Positions 59,211-64,000 of a DNA stretch of 64,000 nt are shown here, piece after piece. Numbering within the stretch: position 1 is the stretch's first letter; each line of letters opens with the position of its first letter. Both the position numbers and the translations under genes were made by a program. The notes under the pieces are model-generated. The model saw only the letters and a program-made list of their open reading frames with translations. It made no database searches and was not told where the DNA came from. The DNA is from Rhynchopus sp. YZ270_cl-10 (taxonomy: Eukaryota), in NCBI GenBank assembly GCA_964035575.1, contig OZ037841.1, positions 1,674,001 through 1,738,000 of the forward strand. Reading direction: 5' to 3'.

Positions 59211-62200
59211 ATGACAACACGTTGCTGTGCACAGAAGCTTGTGTTCGTTCTCTTCCTTGCCTGCAGTGTGGCGGCACAGCCTACTCAGCTCCCCTGTGCC
59301 TGGGATCTGGTGTCAGTTATCAAATTTTCCGACAAAGACAACTTTGAACTGCCAGCACCTCCCACAACAAGTGTGCAGATGGGCGGTGCACTGCAAGTGG
59401 AGTGTGATGTGTACATCAACGAGTACACACACTACGGCCGTGTCATCGAAGTGTCAAATGGACAAAGCAGCGATGTCTTCATGATAGGGCAGCACACAGA
59501 CGGGAACCTCTACACGTCCAGCACACAGACCACAGGAAGGGATCAGGTGAAGGACCCAGCGCTTCCACCCTTAAAACAAACGTTTCGGTTGAAGGTGATT
59601 GTCGACCCCATTGACGCCACCACGTCAAACTACTATCTCTTCATTGATGATGTCTTCCGTGTGCAGGGGGTGAGTGAGTACACTAGGTACTTATCCAGGT
59701 CTTCCATTCTTGTTGGCTCCAGTGTTTACACCAGCCAGGTTCCTCTGGACGGGACTGTCACGAACTTTCACATGCAAATGTGTCCAGACGCAGCACCAAC
59801 ACCACAGCCCCTTACTCCTGCACCGCCAACTCCTGTGCCACCACCACCACCGACTCAGCTCCCCTGTGCCTGGGATCTGGTGTCAGTTATCAAATTTTCC
59901 GACAAAGACAACTTTGAACTGCCAGCACCCCCCACAACAAGTGTGCAGATGGGCGGTGCACTGCAAGTGGAGTGTGATGTGTACATCAACGAGTACACAC
60001 ACTACGGCCGTGTCATCGAAGTGTCAAATGGACAAAGCAGCGATGTCTTCATGATAGGGCAGCACACAGACGGGAACCTCTACACGTCCAGCACACAGAC
60101 CACAGGAAGGGATCAGGTGAAGGACCCAGCGCTTCCACCCTTAAAACAAACGTTTCGGTTGAAGGTGATTGTCGACCCCATTGACGCCACCACGTCAAAC
60201 TACTATCTCTTCATTGATGATGTCTTCCGTGTGCAGGGGGTGAGTGAGTACACTAGGTACTTATCCAGGTCTTCCATTCTTGTTGGCTCCAGTGTTTACA
60301 CCAACCAGGTTCCTCTGGACGGGACTGTCACGAACTTTCACATGCAAATGTGTCCAGACGCAGCACCTACGGCTGCACCCACTGCTGTTCCTACAAATGC
60401 ACCTCCCACTGCTGTTCCTACAGCTGTTCCGACTGCTGTGCCTACTACCGTGCCAACTGCTATTCCGACAACAGTTCCAACAGCCATCCCAACTGCTGTT
60501 CCAACTGCGCAGCCGACTGCTCTGCCAACTTCCGTTCCAACTGCTGAACCCACAGCAGTGCCCACAGCCGTACCAACAGCAGTGCCAACAGCAGTACCCA
60601 CTGCTGTACCTACAGCTATACCCACAGCAGAGCCCACACAACTGCCCATTGGCGACACATTTGCACCTCCGACTCTAAGCCCACCCACAGCAGTGCCCAC
60701 AGCTATACCTACAGCAGTGCCAACAGCAGTGCCCACTGCTGAACCTACTGCGCAACCGACTGCTTTTCCAACTGCTGAACCCACAGCTATTCCCACAGCA
60801 GTGCCCACTGCTGCACCTACAGCTATCCCCACAGCAAAGCCCACACAACTGCCCATTGGAGACACATTTGCACCTCCGACTCTAAGCCCACCCACAGCCA
60901 TCCCAACTGCAGTGCCAACTGCTGTTCCAACTGCTGTTCCAACTGCACAGCCGACTGCTCTGCCAACTTCCGTTCCAACTGCTGAACCCACAACTGTGCC
61001 AACTGCCGAACCTACTGCCATACCAAGTACTGCACCAACGGCTCATCCTACAGCTGTGCCAACAGCAACTCCAACAACACCTGCACCACCAACATCAGCA
61101 CCTCACACTGCCACACCACCGACAGTGCCACCTGCAACACCAGCACCAACAGAGACGACAACAACAGCACCGCTGCTGCGAGACACACCGACAAGCGGTA
61201 TCAAAGCGTCTGTGAAGGAAGACCTGAAGAAGGCGAACACGGCTGCTGGTGCTGCAGCAGTTCTGGGTGGTGGTGCAGGGAATGCAGGGAAGTTGGCTGT
61301 GCTGAACGGCTTTGGCTGTCAAATGGACGACGTGGATGTGGGTGAGGATCCACTGGACTGGGAGTTCCACCCGACAACAATATCACTTGGGAGTGCAGTT
61401 GGGCGGTACAAGCTTGCGGCGATGGTGATGAACCCTGTGGTTGTGATGTGCATTGCGCTGCTGGTGCTGTGTGCAGCTGCAGTCATGCAAGCAACACTGG
61501 GGTACGGACGTGAGAAGGCAATCAGTGTGACACGGTTTCCTGGGATACTGTACATCCCATTCCTGTTCTTGCTGCAGGGGACAAGCCTTGTGGCGGCACA
61601 GGTTGTGTTTGACCCTTCACACTACCCAACAATGGTTGCAGTGCTTTCGTACGTGACACTGGCACTGTGTCTGCTGTCGCCTGTGCTGCTGTACACCACT
61701 GTGCTGCGCCATGTGAAGAGAGAGGCGGAGCTCTTTCCAGACCCTGCGATTGTGGGGAACCCAGCGACAGGCGAGCCTGGGAAGCGTGCGAACAGTTCTG
61801 TGTACAAGTTTGCGTTTGGGACAGACATCTGGGTGTCACGACAGAGCTACTTTGCAGAGAAGTACGGGAACTGCTTTGAGAACGTGAAGCCGACGTGTCT
61901 GTGGTACATCCTGTGTGAGCTTGCGGTGATTCTGTGTCTGTCGCTGTTGTCTGGATGGAAGCCTTCCTCTGTTACGTCTTGCAACATACGCAACATCTTC
62001 ATCACGATTCTGCTGGTGCTGTTCTTTGTTGCAACAGTTGTCAAACGTCCGTTCTTGTCTGCGATGGACAACTTGATCTCTATTGTGCTGAGCCTGTTGC
62101 TTGCGTCTGCAGTGTTGGGGATGACGATAGCTATTGCGGCAGAGTCATCTAAGGACAGTGCACTGTACGCAATCAGCAGTGTGTGTCTCTTGGTCTCTGC

Positions 62201-62636
62201 ACTGATGGTGATGGTTAAGTGTTTGTGGGACTTTGGGATCTACGCCATGGATGTGCTGATCTCACGTCGCAGTGGTGCACGTGAACAGGCGAGGTCTGAA
62301 GACACAGGGCTGCAGAAGATGGAGATGGAGACGGAGCTTGTGTCCGATCTCGTAGTGTCTGAAGCGACGTACAGCCCGTCGCATTTGTTACCGCAGCCGT
62401 CGACTCATATGAACTTCAGCGACACGTCGTACACTTCTCTGCCACCAGATGTGCAGACCCCTCTCCGTGCGGACGACGGTGAAGAGGCAAAGGCGTTGCT
62501 TGACGTGTCAACACTCTCGATGAAGCAATCTGTGCGTGACCCTCTGTCCAGCGCCTACGAGAGCGAAGAAGACAGGGTCGCGAAACGGAAGAAGAGGGAA
62601 GTCCGACGCCACGGACGTGAGCTCTCGTGGCTGTGA
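59211..62636 (+). CDS. Surface protein paralog 3 with a tandemly duplicated N-terminal domain and PTAV stalk
   Basis: Two near-identical lectin-like domains at a 570-bp period, a PTA(V/I/E) stalk, and a TM region nearly identical to paralog 2. Confidence 0.88.
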   Translation: MTTRCCAQKLVFVLFLACSVAAQPTQLPCAWDLVSVIKFSDKDNFELPAPPTTSVQMGGALQVECDVYINEYTHYGRVIEVSNGQSSDVFMIGQHTDGNLYTSSTQTTGRDQVKDPALPPLKQTFRLKVIVDPIDATTSNYYLFIDDVFRVQGVSEYTRYLSRSSILVGSSVYTSQVPLDGTVTNFHMQMCPDAAPTPQPLTPAPPTPVPPPPPTQLPCAWDLVSVIKFSDKDNFELPAPPTTSVQMGGALQVECDVYINEYTHYGRVIEVSNGQSSDVFMIGQHTDGNLYTSSTQTTGRDQVKDPALPPLKQTFRLKVIVDPIDATTSNYYLFIDDVFRVQGVSEYTRYLSRSSILVGSSVYTNQVPLDGTVTNFHMQMCPDAAPTAAPTAVPTNAPPTAVPTAVPTAVPTTVPTAIPTTVPTAIPTAVPTAQPTALPTSVPTAEPTAVPTAVPTAVPTAVPTAVPTAIPTAEPTQLPIGDTFAPPTLSPPTAVPTAIPTAVPTAVPTAEPTAQPTAFPTAEPTAIPTAVPTAAPTAIPTAKPTQLPIGDTFAPPTLSPPTAIPTAVPTAVPTAVPTAQPTALPTSVPTAEPTTVPTAEPTAIPSTAPTAHPTAVPTATPTTPAPPTSAPHTATPPTVPPATPAPTETTTTAPLLRDTPTSGIKASVKEDLKKANTAAGAAAVLGGGAGNAGKLAVLNGFGCQMDDVDVGEDPLDWEFHPTTISLGSAVGRYKLAAMVMNPVVVMCIALLVLCAAAVMQATLGYGREKAISVTRFPGILYIPFLFLLQGTSLVAAQVVFDPSHYPTMVAVLSYVTLALCLLSPVLLYTTVLRHVKREAELFPDPAIVGNPATGEPGKRANSSVYKFAFGTDIWVSRQSYFAEKYGNCFENVKPTCLWYILCELAVILCLSLLSGWKPSSVTSCNIRNIFITILLVLFFVATVVKRPFLSAMDNLISIVLSLLLASAVLGMTIAIAAESSKDSALYAISSVCLLVSALMVMVKCLWDFGIYAMDVLISRRSGAREQARSEDTGLQKMEMETELVSDLVVSEATYSPSHLLPQPSTHMNFSDTSYTSLPPDVQTPLRADDGEEAKALLDVSTLSMKQSVRDPLSSAYESEEDRVAKRKKREVRRHGRELSWL

Positions 62637-64000
62637 GGGATCATGCACGTAGAGCGTTGGTGTGTCGACGAAAGGTCGCTGCAGGTCCGCTTTGCAAGGG
62701 TCGCAACAACGACCTCCTGCGTTGAGGTGAGCAGAGGTGTGGTTGCACGAGAGGCGTTCATCTTACATGTCACCCTTTACTGCTTACTGTTTTTCATAGT
62801 CAGGATGTGAATAAGTTTTAATTTTCTCTTCACTTTTAAGCATCTCTTCCTTCCCTCTCACCGCTCCTACTGCGTTACAGTCATAAAGAAAGAACGTTCT
62901 CTGCACGAGCCCTGATATCAGCACTGTAGTAGTGCCCTTTGCTGCAGCGTCCTCACCCCCTTGCAACGCTGCCTGTCCTTTTGCTACTGCTTCGTGCAGT
63001 GGTCTACATAATATGCGTCATTCCGTAGCGTCTTTTCTTGACAGCAGTTGAGAATATGTCAACTGCTGCAAGATAAGAAAGCTTCTGTGGAGTGACCTAT
63101 CCCCGCAAAGGGCACTAGGTGCTATGGTTACGGGCGTGGGCGCAGTGTGTTAGTTATAGAGTATCTTGTGGTCACTCGGGATCTTCCAGTTTTGTTTTTT
63201 TGGGTCAGAATAGGCTTCAGTCTTCCCAGGAGGTAAACTGAAGGCCGCCCACGGTGTGTTGGAAGAGCCTGTACACTTTAGGAGCTCTCAGCTTAACACG
63301 ATGTCACGTGCATTTTTTTTTGGGTAAATTTGCGATTCTCCACCGAGATAACGAGTGTCCCCTCAACCCTCCAGCTCGTCCCCCAACCCAAATCACACAG
63401 AGAATTTATATTGCTCCGTTCTAGTCTCACAAATGTTTTCTATCCACTCTCGAAATAACGAGAAGGGTTTTAATTCTATCAGCAAAGCCGTTTTTGTGGC
63501 TCCGGACTGATCGGGTCTATTGATTGGAATCGTGTTATCAATGTTTCTCTTTTATTTTCAATTGGTAAATTAATTCGATAAAAAGTTAGCATATTTGAAA
63601 CATGTAGAAATGGTTCAAAATTGCGTATTTTAGATGGATGTGTCGCAGTGCATATACATCAGGTTTGTGCATATGCAGCGCCGAATTTACTTTGGATGCC
63701 GCACACAAATGCGCTATCACAAAGAGACAGTCGCAATTTCTCCTGCACAAACAGCTCAAACCGGTGACCTAGAGAATTCAGGGTTCAGTGCGACTCAGCG
63801 TCGCACCGGGACAAAGAGAGTCGTGCGTGAGAGGCACATTCATATTTTTAAGTTAGCTATGTAGCAATTGTTAGGAACGTTTTGCGACACTTTTTGTGAA
63901 AAAAAAAACGTCCCTTCTCGTTGTGTGCACGAGAGACACATTCATTTCCAGTTCTTCTGTTTTTTTTTTCATTGTGACGCAGTGCGGGACTACAAGCACT

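Overview
This is eukaryotic DNA, most likely from a euglenozoan and probably a diplonemid. All supportable genes lie on the + strand, as in a polycistronic cluster. Introns are sparse and GT-AG, intergenic DNA is T-rich, and a spliced-leader-like relic is present. Genes: a 5'-truncated SNF2/RING protein resembling the DNMT5 C-terminus, two modular LRR proteins (ubiquitin-like-LRR and B-box-LRR), a 3-exon E2 ubiquitin-conjugating enzyme, an SGNH/PC-esterase-like protein, a diacylglycerol lipase, a 2-exon secreted Cys-rich repeat protein, a TPR-like repeat protein, a WD40 protein, a 3-exon pseudo-metacaspase fusion missed by the ORF track, and three paralogous lectin-like-domain/mucin-stalk/multi-TM surface proteins. 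Intergenic DNA holds several TIR/TSD-defined MITEs, two insertions carrying long perfect satellite arrays, a degenerate hAT transposase, and several families of short dispersed hairpin modules. The most notable of these is a co-oriented GNRA-tetraloop hairpin family with compensatory stem changes. All calls were made by eye, without database searches.
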